A stretch of 64,000 bases of DNA from Alphaproteobacteria bacterium. GTDB taxonomy: Bacteria > Pseudomonadota > Alphaproteobacteria > Bin95. The translations under genes and the position numbers were made by a program. Below the pieces are notes generated by a model. The model worked only from the letters and a program-made list of their open reading frames with translations, did not search any database and had not been told where the DNA came from. Shown here one piece after another: positions 53,972-63,496 of the stretch; position 1 is the first letter of the stretch; each line of letters opens with the position of its first letter. The DNA is taken from the NCBI GenBank assembly GCA_963665325.3, contig CAXXWS020000002.1, forward strand, positions 480,001 through 544,000. Reading direction: 5' to 3'.

Positions 53972-55443
53972 GGCGCATCTCCCCGATCTTCGTCCTCGCC
54001 CGGACCGGGCGTCTTGTCATGGGGCAGCCAGGCCGGCGGCAGGCCGGTTGCGGCCTGGGCGTCGAGCATGCCCTTGAGCAGCGGCGGAAGTTCCCCCGTC
54101 CCCGCGCCGCCATTGCCATCGTTGCCGCCGGGGCCGGCGGGACGGCGCACGCCATCGGCGTTGCCGCGCTTGTCGAGGGGGTACAGCGTGCACAGGCGCT
54201 CGCCGCCTCGACCGTCGATCAGATCGACGCTGGCGAGGTTCCAGCGCGCGTAACGGATCCAGGCCTCGCGCAGGTGGCGCCACGGCTGTGGCACCTGGTA
54301 GCGGATGCCCTCGACCGAGACGGTGCCGTCCGAGCGCCTGAGCGTGCGCTTCCTGGTGATGCGGAAGGCCGCCTTGAGCTCGGCCGAGCCGGGGCAGGAT
54401 CTCGACGCGTCGACGCTCCCGGCCAGGCGTTGATGCGGCGTCATGCCGAGCTCGCGGTGCTTGCGGCGGTGATAGTCCTGCTCCAGCCAGGCGATGGTGG
54501 CGTCGTTGAGCATCTTCAAGGTAAGCGCGTCGACGCCTTCGAGCTGAGCCATCAGGCGCGATTCGACCGTGCCCCAGAACGACTCGATCTTGCCGTTCTG
54601 ATGGGGGCTGTAAGCGAGCGTCGTGACCCCCGCGATGCCGAGCCGGTGCAACCCCTCCTCGACCTCGCCCGCGGTCATCGCCGCGCCGTTGTCGGTCAGC
54701 AGGGACCTCGGCAGACCGCGCTTCATGAAGGCCTGGCAAAGGCCGTGGACGAACACCTCGGCGGTCTCGGCGAGGTACCACTGAAGGTGGCAGCCGAGGC
54801 GCGAGTGGTCGTCGAGGAAGCCGAGCAGGATCGGCGTCTTCCACTCGCCCGAGGCGGTCAGCACGCGACGCTTGGCGCTGTGCATGTCGGCGTGCCACAG
54901 GGCGTGAGAGCGCGAGACCTCGTAGCTCAATACCTCGCGGGCTTCGACCGCCGGCCTGGCCTCGCTCTCATGCCACTTGCGCCGGCGCTTGCGTACCAGC
55001 CCGCGAGCCCGCATCGCCCGGGTCAGCGTCGCGTAGGACGGTATCGGGCCGAGCTCGGGATCGGCCTCGACCCGCGCGGCCAGATTCTCGTGATGAAGCT
55101 GCGCCGACCACGACGGATGCGCCCGGTACTGCTCGTGCAGCGCCTCGATCAGCGTCGGCGACATCGCGCGCGGGCGCCCGGCATCGGCGCGCGGGCGCCG
55201 CTTGAGCGCCCCCACCGGATCGTTGTCCGCCGCCCGCGCCTGGTAGTACCAGCGCTCGATCGTGGACACCGCGAAGCGCACCCGGCCCTTGCCGGACGGG
55301 TGATCCCACTCGCGTTCGGCAAGCCGCTCAAGCTCGGCGTGCAGCCGCCCCGCCGGCGGCGGCGAGGCCAGAAGCGGCCCGACCACCGCGAAGCGCAACC
55401 GCGCCCACCGGTCGCGACGCTCGCTCCCGTCGTTGCTGTTCAT
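53968..55443 (-). CDS. DDE transposase (integrase core, Mu-like C-terminus)
   Basis: WHAD, LDDHSR, LTDNGAA, PHQNGKIESF, HRELGMTP. Confidence 0.93.
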   Translation of the reverse strand: MNSNDGSERRDRWARLRFAVVGPLLASPPPAGRLHAELERLAEREWDHPSGKGRVRFAVSTIERWYYQARAADNDPVGALKRRPRADAGRPRAMSPTLIEALHEQYRAHPSWSAQLHHENLAARVEADPELGPIPSYATLTRAMRARGLVRKRRRKWHESEARPAVEAREVLSYEVSRSHALWHADMHSAKRRVLTASGEWKTPILLGFLDDHSRLGCHLQWYLAETAEVFVHGLCQAFMKRGLPRSLLTDNGAAMTAGEVEEGLHRLGIAGVTTLAYSPHQNGKIESFWGTVESRLMAQLEGVDALTLKMLNDATIAWLEQDYHRRKHRELGMTPHQRLAGSVDASRSCPGSAELKAAFRITRKRTLRRSDGTVSVEGIRYQVPQPWRHLREAWIRYARWNLASVDLIDGRGGERLCTLYPLDKRGNADGVRRPAGPGGNDGNGGAGTGELPPLLKGMLDAQAATGLPPAWLPHDKTPGPGEDEDRGDAP

Positions 55444-55491
55444 TCCGGCATCCCCCTCGCTGCTTCGTGGAGGTGCCGATGATGCGGTGCC

Positions 55492-56106
55492 CTATCCGTG
55501 CATCATAGAAACGCTTTCTGCGGGCGAAGCCGGACCTGCGCCGAGCGCGCAAAAGCCGGTCCACGGCATCAGCCAGACCAGGCTCCGCAGCAGCCGCGAG
55601 CGGAAGCCACGGCCCCGCATGATGCGCAGCAGCCGGCGCAGCGGCGCCTCTTCGGGCGGCGCCGCCAGCTCGCCCCGTCTCGCCTGCCACTCCCGGGTCA
55701 GCGGGAAGGCTTCCAGCCACCAGCGCCGCCAGCGCTTCAGCGTCGAGGCCGGAACCCCGCACCGCCGCGCGATCGTCTGCAACCGCGCGCCGCCGGCCAC
55801 AGCCAGCGCACTCACCACAAGGAACAGCGCCCCGACGTAAAAGCGCCTGCCGAAGAAACGCACCGACGGCGGCTTCACGCGGCGTCGGCACACCGAACAG
55901 CACAGGCTGAAGCGCCGAACGTCGTTCCGAAGATTCGCCGCCAGACCGTGCGGCTTGCGCGGGTAGCTCGCGCTGTGAAGCGCGCCGCCGCAGCGCGGGC
56001 AACCCGCCGCCCGGCACGCCTCCGCCTCGGCCGCGTCGACCTGCTTCAGAAAATCCCAAACCCGGGCGTTGGAGAGATTGGAGTGCCGGAACAGCTTGTG
56101 CGACAT
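55492..56106 (-). CDS. Zn-finger/HTH accessory protein of the transposon
   Basis: CPRC..CSVC, PPSVRFFGRR, HTH STLKRWRRWW; first gene inside element. Confidence 0.75.
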   Translation of the reverse strand: MSHKLFRHSNLSNARVWDFLKQVDAAEAEACRAAGCPRCGGALHSASYPRKPHGLAANLRNDVRRFSLCCSVCRRRVKPPSVRFFGRRFYVGALFLVVSALAVAGGARLQTIARRCGVPASTLKRWRRWWLEAFPLTREWQARRGELAAPPEEAPLRRLLRIMRGRGFRSRLLRSLVWLMPWTGFCALGAGPASPAESVSMMHG

Positions 56107-56253
56107 TGGGGCCGTCTCAGGTTGATGTCACTGTCACCGAGACAAGCCCTCCGGCGGCCTTCTTGCAAGATCGCCGGGGGGCACCCAATCCAAAACCTCG
56201 ATTAATCCGAGCCGATCAGCCCCTGATCGCCGCTGAAAGCCTGCGCCCGCTCA

Positions 56254-56793
56254 CCCGATCTCGATATCGTTCGCGTAGAAACCCTCCGAGACCCAGGCGA
56301 ACGAGCGCGACCAGATATCCCAGCGCGACCGGTCGCTCACCTCCAGCATCGCCGGAATGACCTCGTAGCCCATGAACCAGGTCATGCCGATGCAGCCCAC
56401 GAAGATCACCAGCGGCAGAAACATCGCGCTCGCCACCGCGCGCACCTGCTTCGAGCGCATCTCCGCGACGCGCGCCGCCGCCAGGAACAGAACCTCAGCC
56501 CGCGCCCGGCCGAGCCCGTAGAAGATCATCGCCTCCGAGGCCGGAACCCAGCGCGACAGCTCCACCGCGAAATCGTCCCCGCCGCCCGCAAGCGCCGCCT
56601 GCCAGTCCCGAAGCATCCGCACCCGGATCGTCTCGCGCGACTTCGCCTGCATCACCACGCCGAGCGCCTCGCGCAGACCAAGCCCGCCCTGGAGCAGGTC
56701 GTGCAGCAGATACCAGATGTCGATCCGCGCCTCCGTCCCCGCCGCCAGGAACCGCCGCACCGGAAACCAGACCGCCCCCCAGAGACGCCTCAT
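56254..56793 (-). pseudogene. pilR: pilR, 5' fragment
   Basis: Coupled to pilQ; L..LL..G..L.EAL, WVPASEAMI, TM, VIP; stop supplied by element end. Confidence 0.85.
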
Positions 56794-58481
56794 TCCACCG
56801 CCTCCGCGCCCGCGACCAGCACCGGCTTGCCCGGCGCGGGCGCGGCGCCGGCATGACCCGGCCCGTCCTCCACCCGGCCTTCGCCCGGAGGCCCGAACGC
56901 CGCCTTCGCCACGGCGATCTCCGCGCCCTTCAGCATCGCGTCCGCCGGATCGACCCGGCCCTTGCCGACCGCGCCCCAGATCTTCCGTCCGATCGGGACC
57001 CCGCCCATCGCGCCCGTCCAGTGGTTCCACGCGCCCACCGCATCCCGCTTCTGGACGAACCTGAGATAGCCGTCGTCCGGGACGATCCACTCCGCCACCG
57101 CAAGCGGGCGCACATAGCCCGCCCACGCCGCCAGCGAGAGCGCCGACTGGCCCGCCGTCCGGCAACCGGCGCAGCCCTCCGGATTGCGGTAGCGGACCTC
57201 CGGGCCCAGCAGCGCCGCCAGCTCCTCCGGGAGGTCCCGGCCCTCCGGCAGAACCGGCAGCGCGCAGGACGGGCAGAGCAGCGGCACCAGCGTCTGCTTC
57301 ATCAGGAGGCGCACATTGCCGGGCTTGGTCACCTCCGACACCTCGACGCCGAGGTCCATCAGCCGGAACAGGATGCCGTTCGCCGTGTGCACGTGGATTG
57401 TCGTCCACACCTGGTGGCCCGAGTCGATGAACTGCAGCACCTGCTGCGCGCCCATCTTGTCGCGGATCTCGCCCACCATCCCCGAGGCCGGATGCACCCG
57501 CACGAAATGCATCAGCGCGGCTGCAAACCCGAGCCCCCGCTCCTCGCCGATGCCCCGGGTCGGAACCGCAATCTGCACCGCGCCGGGTATGTCGTATTCG
57601 ACCGGGTCCTCCAGCGTGATCATGTTGAGCTTCCCGCCATGCTCACGCATCTGGAGGTTCAGGTTCACCGCAAGCGTCGTCGACTTGCCGTCGCCCGTCG
57701 TCCCGCCGATGAAGATGCCGCCGTATTTCGACATCCGGATCTCGCGGAACAGGCCCGCCACCTCCGCCGTGAAGCCCAGGTCCTCCAGCGTCTGCCGGCC
57801 CCCGACCTGGTCGCGGTAGAAAAGCCGCATGTAGAGGTGGTGGCCCTCCGGCTCGTGCGGACCCGCCTCGCAGCGCAGCGCCGCGATCTCCTCCGGAAGC
57901 GGGAACGTCTCCGAGCGCCTCACGCTGAAACCCTGGAAGCTCGCACGCTGCAGCGAGGTCTGCCGCGAGCCTTCGTCCTTCACGAAGAACAGGAACCCGA
58001 ACACCTGCTCCGCCTCCCGCACCGTCATCGCAGAACCCAGGGGCAGCTTGCGGTCGTTCACGATCGCGAACACCCGGCAGTCGTCCGGGCCCTTCTCCAG
58101 CACCACGTCCGAAGCCCGGGCCCGGGCCGCCTCCGTGAAGATCGCGACAAGCCCCTCCACGATCCGCGGGTTCACGTCCAGGCTCTCGTCACGGACCCGG
58201 TTGCCGCGCCAGACCTCCGCCACCTCCTGGAGCGAGGCCGTCTCCTCCCGGAACTGGCCCCGGACCGCGCCCGTGCGCTGCAACTCCACCAGCAGCGCGC
58301 GCAGCTCCACGTCGTTCGCATAGCCGTCCGCGATCAGCACGCGCCCGTCCGACCAGACCGCGCAGCGCTCCCGGAAGCGCTCGTCCATCCGCTCCCAGCG
58401 CAACAGGCCCGACGGCATCACCTCCGGAGGTCGCTCCTTGAACATGAGGCGGCCCCACCATGTGTCCCGCCAGCCCGTCAT
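56790..58481 (-). CDS. pilQ: PilQ/PilB-like pilus assembly ATPase
   Basis: GTTGDGKST, TLEDPVEY, MVGEIRD, SGHQVWTTIH, LCPSC..GCAGC. Confidence 0.9.
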   Translation of the reverse strand: MTGWRDTWWGRLMFKERPPEVMPSGLLRWERMDERFRERCAVWSDGRVLIADGYANDVELRALLVELQRTGAVRGQFREETASLQEVAEVWRGNRVRDESLDVNPRIVEGLVAIFTEAARARASDVVLEKGPDDCRVFAIVNDRKLPLGSAMTVREAEQVFGFLFFVKDEGSRQTSLQRASFQGFSVRRSETFPLPEEIAALRCEAGPHEPEGHHLYMRLFYRDQVGGRQTLEDLGFTAEVAGLFREIRMSKYGGIFIGGTTGDGKSTTLAVNLNLQMREHGGKLNMITLEDPVEYDIPGAVQIAVPTRGIGEERGLGFAAALMHFVRVHPASGMVGEIRDKMGAQQVLQFIDSGHQVWTTIHVHTANGILFRLMDLGVEVSEVTKPGNVRLLMKQTLVPLLCPSCALPVLPEGRDLPEELAALLGPEVRYRNPEGCAGCRTAGQSALSLAAWAGYVRPLAVAEWIVPDDGYLRFVQKRDAVGAWNHWTGAMGGVPIGRKIWGAVGKGRVDPADAMLKGAEIAVAKAAFGPPGEGRVEDGPGHAGAAPAPGKPVLVAGAEAVE

Positions 58482-59413
58482 CGCCCGGACCTCGACCGGT
58501 AGGGGAGGTGCGGGCTCGTCCAGCCCTTCACGCGAACGCCCGGAGGACGCGCCTCGACCGAGACCACCCTCACGCCGCCCGGCAAGCGGTCGCCGGCCTC
58601 CACCCGCCAGACGTTCTCGCCGTCCGTCACCGCCGCGCGCAGCGCCTCGCCCGATCCCATCACCGCGAACCAGCCATAGGCGCGGGGCGGCTCGGGAGGC
58701 GGCGCCTTCTTCTCTTCCTTCGGCGCCGTCCTGGCCGCCTCGGCGGCCGCCTTCGCCTGCTGCTCGCGCACGATCTCCGCCCGCGCCGCCTCCAGCATCG
58801 CCGCATGCGCGCCGCGAACCCGCGCATCCGCCTCGCGGCGCGCCGTCTCCAGCTTCAGGGCTTCCGCCGCCCTCGCGGCCGCAGACTTGTTCAACGCCGC
58901 CGCCAGCTCGATCTCCGAGCCCACAAGCTCCTTCAGGATCGCCTGACGGTCCCGGCACAGCACCAGAACCTCGCGCTCCAGCTCCAGAGCCTCGCTGAAC
59001 TGGCCCTCGTTCACCGCGCTCGACAGCATCCGCACGATCGCCTCGCGCGGACACTCGAAGGTCCGCAATATCGCCGGCTCGTAAGCGATAACCGGAGGAC
59101 CGGAAGGAGAAGCCGGGGCGGCAGGGGGAGGATCGGCCTGCCGCCCCGGCAGACCGGCAGCGGCCGCAGCCGCCCCGCCCGCACGCCGCCCCGGCGCGCC
59201 GGCAGCGGACGGGGCGGCCACAGTACCCGCCGCCGCCGGTGTTGGTTGAAGATCGTCGCCCGCGCCGGACGGCTCCGATGCAGGCCTGAACTCCGGAGCC
59301 GGAGTCTTGATCGACGACCCGTCGGGGTCCTGCGCCGAGACCTCGCCGAACGACAGCACCGCCACCGACAGCGCGACCGCCGACAGCAGGAGACCGCGAC
59401 GGAGGCCGGCCAC
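58478..59413 (-). CDS. pilP: PilP-like type IVb pilus biogenesis protein
   Basis: GTG with GGAG; signal peptide; coiled coil; C-term V.GSG..LRA.V....V..GD.LPGG.RV.SV. Confidence 0.65.
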   Translation of the reverse strand: MAGLRRGLLLSAVALSVAVLSFGEVSAQDPDGSSIKTPAPEFRPASEPSGAGDDLQPTPAAAGTVAAPSAAGAPGRRAGGAAAAAAGLPGRQADPPPAAPASPSGPPVIAYEPAILRTFECPREAIVRMLSSAVNEGQFSEALELEREVLVLCRDRQAILKELVGSEIELAAALNKSAAARAAEALKLETARREADARVRGAHAAMLEAARAEIVREQQAKAAAEAARTAPKEEKKAPPPEPPRAYGWFAVMGSGEALRAAVTDGENVWRVEAGDRLPGGVRVVSVEARPPGVRVKGWTSPHLPYRSRSGR

Positions 59414-59459
59414 GAAGGCTCCATTTGCCCCGCATCCCGAAACCGGGCAGGCTCCACCC

Positions 59460-59852
59460 GTGGCAAAATCGCCCCTCGATCTGGCCGGCATCGCCAAGGC
59501 GCTCGAAGACGCCGGAATGGAACCGGACGATGCCAGGGCCGCAGCCATGCGCGTGCGCGCCGGCGCCACCGCGAACCCTCCCGGATACCACCTCGATATC
59601 CGGGACCGGAAACTCCGCAACGAGCTCATCGAAGCCGTCGCCGAAACCGGGAGGCATATCGACCGTAGCGAAGGACGAATCCTCGAACGCTTCTCGGAGA
59701 TCGAACGTCGGCACATCGACGCCTCAGCGCGCCATCTCGACGCCGTCGAATACCGCCTCGGAAAACGCCTCGCCCGGCTCGTCTGGATGCTGTTCGCAGC
59801 CCTCGCGGCAATCCTCGCCGTCGCAGCAGCCGCGCTCCGATATCTGGACTGA
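59460..59852 (+). CDS. DUF1640/CCDC90-like coiled-coil protein with C-terminal TM
   Basis: D...IAKALEDAGM....A.A; RLVWM + TM. Confidence 0.65.
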   Translation: MAKSPLDLAGIAKALEDAGMEPDDARAAAMRVRAGATANPPGYHLDIRDRKLRNELIEAVAETGRHIDRSEGRILERFSEIERRHIDASARHLDAVEYRLGKRLARLVWMLFAALAAILAVAAAALRYLD

Positions 59853-59888
59853 GCCGGCGCGACCGGGCCGGGAAGAGCCGTTGCCGCC

Positions 59889-60275
59889 TTGACGAGAACC
59901 GGCGCTGCAATACAGGATGCGCCCATCGCCGCACAGTTCGATACGCTTATCGCCGCAGAGGCGCTGGAAGATGCCGGTATCGACCGGACGCACGCCAAGG
60001 CCATCGCTGCCCAGCTCCAGGTCGCCTCCGATGCTGGCGAGCCGGTGAGCCGCCCGGCACTCGAAGCCGCACTCGGCGCGCTCAAGGCTGAACTGCTCGA
60101 ACGCATCGGAAAAACCGACGAGCGAATCGCTTCAACCGAGAAGAACCTGCTCGAACGCATCGCCGAGACCGAACGCCGGCTTATGGACCGGACTGCCGCT
60201 TTGCTCTGGCGATTCTTCGGCGCCATGGTCGCGCTTGCCGGCGTCATCATCGCCGCAGTCAAGCTGATCCCCTGA
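59889..60275 (+). CDS. DUF1640/CCDC90-like paralog (start uncertain)
   Basis: FDTL.AA.ALEDAG....AKAI; LLWRFFGAMV..AGVIIAAVKLIP. Confidence 0.7.
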   Translation: MTRTGAAIQDAPIAAQFDTLIAAEALEDAGIDRTHAKAIAAQLQVASDAGEPVSRPALEAALGALKAELLERIGKTDERIASTEKNLLERIAETERRLMDRTAALLWRFFGAMVALAGVIIAAVKLIP

Positions 60276-60353
60276 CCGGGCACGCCCGGCCCGGCAGAAA
60301 CCGGGACCGCGTAGGAAAGACGGCGGAAAGCGCGCGGCATCGTCCGGCAAGCC

Positions 60354-61607
60354 TCAGTCGATCTTGTCCGGCGTGGACCGCGTCCATACCGCCGGTTGCA
60401 TATCGAGGTCGGCCGCCAGTTCGCGCCAGCCTATGCTCCGCAGACCCGCCGGATCGTCCCTGACCGTCATCTCAAGACGGCCCCGCGTCCAACGCCAGAC
60501 CCCGTCAAAATGCGGGCCCTCGACAAGGTTCCCGGCCTCGTCCACCACCGAGAACTTCCCCTCGGGATGGAATACGAAACGCTTGTCCGCATAGGCCGCG
60601 CCCATGAACGGCAACTCGCGCGGATATGGGCGCGCCAGAAACTCGTCCGTCAGTTGGAACGCCTCATGGCGATGACCGGTGGGGAGATAGGGTAATGGAT
60701 CGCCCATCCGATAGCGGGCCACGGTCTTCCCGTCGAATTTCCAGGCGAACCATTTGCTGCCTGACTCTTCGTACTCCACCAGGCCCGCTATCCACGCGAG
60801 GGTCCCCTCGTCCTTCAGTCCCCATATTTCATGCTGCCCCACACCTTCTTCATGCCGAACGAACACGCGTCCGTGTCCCTGCGGACCGCGCATCACATTG
60901 CCTTCCTGCTCATTCAGGAACGTCCACACCTCGTCTCTCGTGGTTGTAGGAACGCCCGATGCCGCTATGCCCGTCCGGCCGGGTCCCGTCAGATGGGAAC
61001 CCGGAAAGTGCCGGATGACTGCATCCGTATCCTGCTCTCGCAGCTTCCGCAGGCTCGACGAGGTCTGTTTCTCGTTCACTTTCATGCCCGCTGGCAGTTC
61101 TATGCGGGGACAGCCATTTGCGAACAAGCGGGGCCAACTGTCCTGCACCCAGCCTGCAGTAAAGCGCATCCAAGCTTGCTTTTCGCCGCGCCTGATCTCG
61201 TTGGCCAAGGTACCGGTTATCCGGTCGTAGTAGAGAAATTTAAACTTGGGTTTGGTTTGCTTTCTTACAGTCTTTATGGAGGCTTCGAGGTTGTTCTCTA
61301 CTTCCCAACGAACTGGTTCCTGCGCCACCCAATGCAACCTGTTGGTCGTCTTGTCTGTCCACCACGCTTTGCACTCCACATACTGCCCATTCTTCCGGAA
61401 CAGCAGGGCATGCGGAACATTGCGATATTTTGGATGTTTCGGGTTATGGAAAACCCAAACTTTCCCCGAGAGTAATTCCCCGAAAAACTCCGCATGATGA
61501 GACGTGTAATTGATTGTCCTGTAGGCCTCTTCTTTGGCCGACACTGGTCCAGGTGCCATGCCGAACGACAGCACCAACGCCATTCCAACCAAGATCGTTT
61601 TCTTCAT
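60354..61607 (-). CDS. Hypothetical secreted protein
   Basis: MKKTILVGMALVLSFG signal; GGAGG RBS; Trp-rich; lower GC in 5' half. Confidence 0.75.
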   Translation of the reverse strand: MKKTILVGMALVLSFGMAPGPVSAKEEAYRTINYTSHHAEFFGELLSGKVWVFHNPKHPKYRNVPHALLFRKNGQYVECKAWWTDKTTNRLHWVAQEPVRWEVENNLEASIKTVRKQTKPKFKFLYYDRITGTLANEIRRGEKQAWMRFTAGWVQDSWPRLFANGCPRIELPAGMKVNEKQTSSSLRKLREQDTDAVIRHFPGSHLTGPGRTGIAASGVPTTTRDEVWTFLNEQEGNVMRGPQGHGRVFVRHEEGVGQHEIWGLKDEGTLAWIAGLVEYEESGSKWFAWKFDGKTVARYRMGDPLPYLPTGHRHEAFQLTDEFLARPYPRELPFMGAAYADKRFVFHPEGKFSVVDEAGNLVEGPHFDGVWRWTRGRLEMTVRDDPAGLRSIGWRELAADLDMQPAVWTRSTPDKID

Positions 61608-61644
61608 GCCATCCGCCCTCCAACCCTGCGGTAGCTCATCCAGC

Positions 61645-62946
61645 TCAAGGCGGTGATCCCCCATTCCCGGATTCGCTGCCGCTGCTCCCGTCAGCGCCGC
61701 CGTCGTTGCCACCGTCGCCATGCCCCGAGTCACCAGGGCTCACACCGGAATGGCTGTCCGTCGTTCCGTGATAGCCACCTATCCCGCCGACCTCTCCGGG
61801 ATTGCCGCTGGTGCCGCTGGTGCCGCTGGTGCCGGAGTGCCCGCCGTTTTCGCCGTCGGGGCCCTCGCCGCAGCCGCTCTGACACTCATCGGGCGGTATC
61901 GGCGTGCAGTTCTCGACCGTGCGCACCAGCCGCCTGGCGCCGTTTACCCGCGCCACGCGCCGGGTCGTGACGACCGGAGCTCCCGGGCGCACCTGGAAGT
62001 CGCGATACTCCGTGTTCTGCTCGTAATGCAGCGTGCAGGTCCCCGAATAGCCGGCAGGGCAGCTGCAGGGCCCCGTCGTCTTGTGGACGGGCCCCGGCCT
62101 CCAGTTGATGATCGGGTCCGGGATCGGCGTCGGAGGCGGCGCCTGCGCATACTGGAACGGACAGAGGCCCTCGGCATGGCGCCAGTCGGTGCATGCGGCC
62201 CGCGAGCCCAGACCCGCCCGGAGCGCGCAGTCGCGCGGCCAGAGATGCGGTGCGGACGGTGCCGTCTCCGAGAGGTCGTTGCAGTTGGGCGTCGCCGCCG
62301 GGCAGTCGGTCAGCGCCGTCACCTGGATCGGAACCTGCCGCGCCTCGCGGAAGGTGTCCGCCGGCGAGCCCGGACAGGCGACGTCCCGCGTCTCCGTCTC
62401 CCAGCGTATGCCCGTCACCGTGCGGATCGGATCGGCGACCGCGCCCACAAGGCCCACACGGTCCTCGGCCGTCGAGGGAATACCCATACAGGCGGGCAGC
62501 GCCGTGTCATCGCGTCCATGCGCGCCCCGCGCGATGCGCGTGTTCGCCAGGATCACATGCAGGCCCGTCCGGTCGCCGCCATGAAGCACGGGCGCAACCT
62601 GGACCTCCCTGTGGCCCCGGCCCAGGCCCTTCAGCTCGTCCTGTCCCGCATAGACCGCCAGCACCCCCTCGCAGTAGCGCGCCGTCAGACCCCGCTCCGT
62701 CCAGGACGAAAGCCACCAGGACCCGGAAGGGGGAGCGGCAAGGCCGGTCCATTCATCTTCCCAGAGATTCGCAACATCCGTCACCCGGATGCGCGCCTCC
62801 ACGCTCTGCCAGGCGCTCTGGATCGCCACCGCATGCGCCAGCGCCTCCTGCTGGCGCGTCCGGTCCGGATCGCCCGTCTGGGCCATGGCGCCCGAGGCGA
62901 GCCCCGCGAATACAAGCGCCAGAAGCGCCGTTGCAAACGGTCTCAT
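61645..62946 (-). CDS. Secreted Cys-rich protein with Gly/Ser/Asp-rich tail
   Basis: MRPFATALLAL..AMA-Q signal; many Cys; 9-bp tandem repeat at ~61804-61833 (SGT)n. Confidence 0.72.
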   Translation of the reverse strand: MRPFATALLALVFAGLASGAMAQTGDPDRTRQQEALAHAVAIQSAWQSVEARIRVTDVANLWEDEWTGLAAPPSGSWWLSSWTERGLTARYCEGVLAVYAGQDELKGLGRGHREVQVAPVLHGGDRTGLHVILANTRIARGAHGRDDTALPACMGIPSTAEDRVGLVGAVADPIRTVTGIRWETETRDVACPGSPADTFREARQVPIQVTALTDCPAATPNCNDLSETAPSAPHLWPRDCALRAGLGSRAACTDWRHAEGLCPFQYAQAPPPTPIPDPIINWRPGPVHKTTGPCSCPAGYSGTCTLHYEQNTEYRDFQVRPGAPVVTTRRVARVNGARRLVRTVENCTPIPPDECQSGCGEGPDGENGGHSGTSGTSGTSGNPGEVGGIGGYHGTTDSHSGVSPGDSGHGDGGNDGGADGSSGSESGNGGSPP

Positions 62947-63027
62947 CCGGATCACCCCGCTTTCGTGCATAATGTCCGCCCTCCCGCCTGTTCGCCCCGG
63001 ACACGCCCCGCACCACAGGAGGCCCCC

Positions 63028-63441
63028 ATGGCCGAGCCGTTCGACATTGTCGCCGCGGCCGGCACGCTCGTGGACGCCGGGATAGAGCCGCAGAAGGCCC
63101 GGGCGGTCGCCCTCCAGCTCCGGGCCGCCGCCGTCGCGGGCGAGCCGGTGAACGGGGCCGAGCTCGAAGCCGCGCTCGACGCGCTCCGGGCCGCCCTGCT
63201 CGAAGCCGGCGCCGGGACCGACCGCAATATCGCCGCCACCGAAGAGCGGCTCATGGAACGCTTCGAGAAGTCCGACCGGCGCATCGAGTCCATCCTCCGG
63301 CAGTTCAACGCGACCGAGCACCGCCTCAACGCGACCGCAGCCGAGACCGACCGGCACATGGCCCGGCTGTTCTGGCGCTTCTTCGCCGCCATGGCCGCGC
63401 TCACCTGCCTCGCCGTCCTCGCCATCAAATACCTGCCCTGA
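63028..63441 (+). CDS. DUF1640/CCDC90-like paralog
   Basis: CAGGAGG RBS + ATG; FD..AA..LVDAG....A.A.A; LFWRFFAAM + TM. Confidence 0.75.
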   Translation: MAEPFDIVAAAGTLVDAGIEPQKARAVALQLRAAAVAGEPVNGAELEAALDALRAALLEAGAGTDRNIAATEERLMERFEKSDRRIESILRQFNATEHRLNATAAETDRHMARLFWRFFAAMAALTCLAVLAIKYLP

Positions 63442-63496
63442 CCCGAAGGGCACGGCACGGCGGCAACCGTCGCGACGGTCGGAGCGGCCGGGCGCA

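Larger units (their letters stand above)
51870..56253 (-). mobile_element. 4,384-bp DDE-transposase/ExeA-ATPase transposable element inserted in pilR
   Basis: 5-bp duplication CCCGA at 51865-51869 and 56254-56258; imperfect terminal IRs TGAGTGTGC.../TGAGCGGGC...; removal restores pilR frame. Confidence 0.92.

Noticed and set aside
20329-58502. Long plus-strand ORFs over the transfer region (e.g. 20329..22716, 27694..29874, 43803..46298, 49540..51891)
   Set aside because: Antisense shadows of motif-bearing minus-strand genes
26626-60340. Extended N-termini in the ORF track (icmB from 30126, pilQ from 59714, pilP from 60340, AAA_25 from 54155)
   Set aside because: Extensions overlap other genes; downstream starts with stop/start coupling or an RBS fit better
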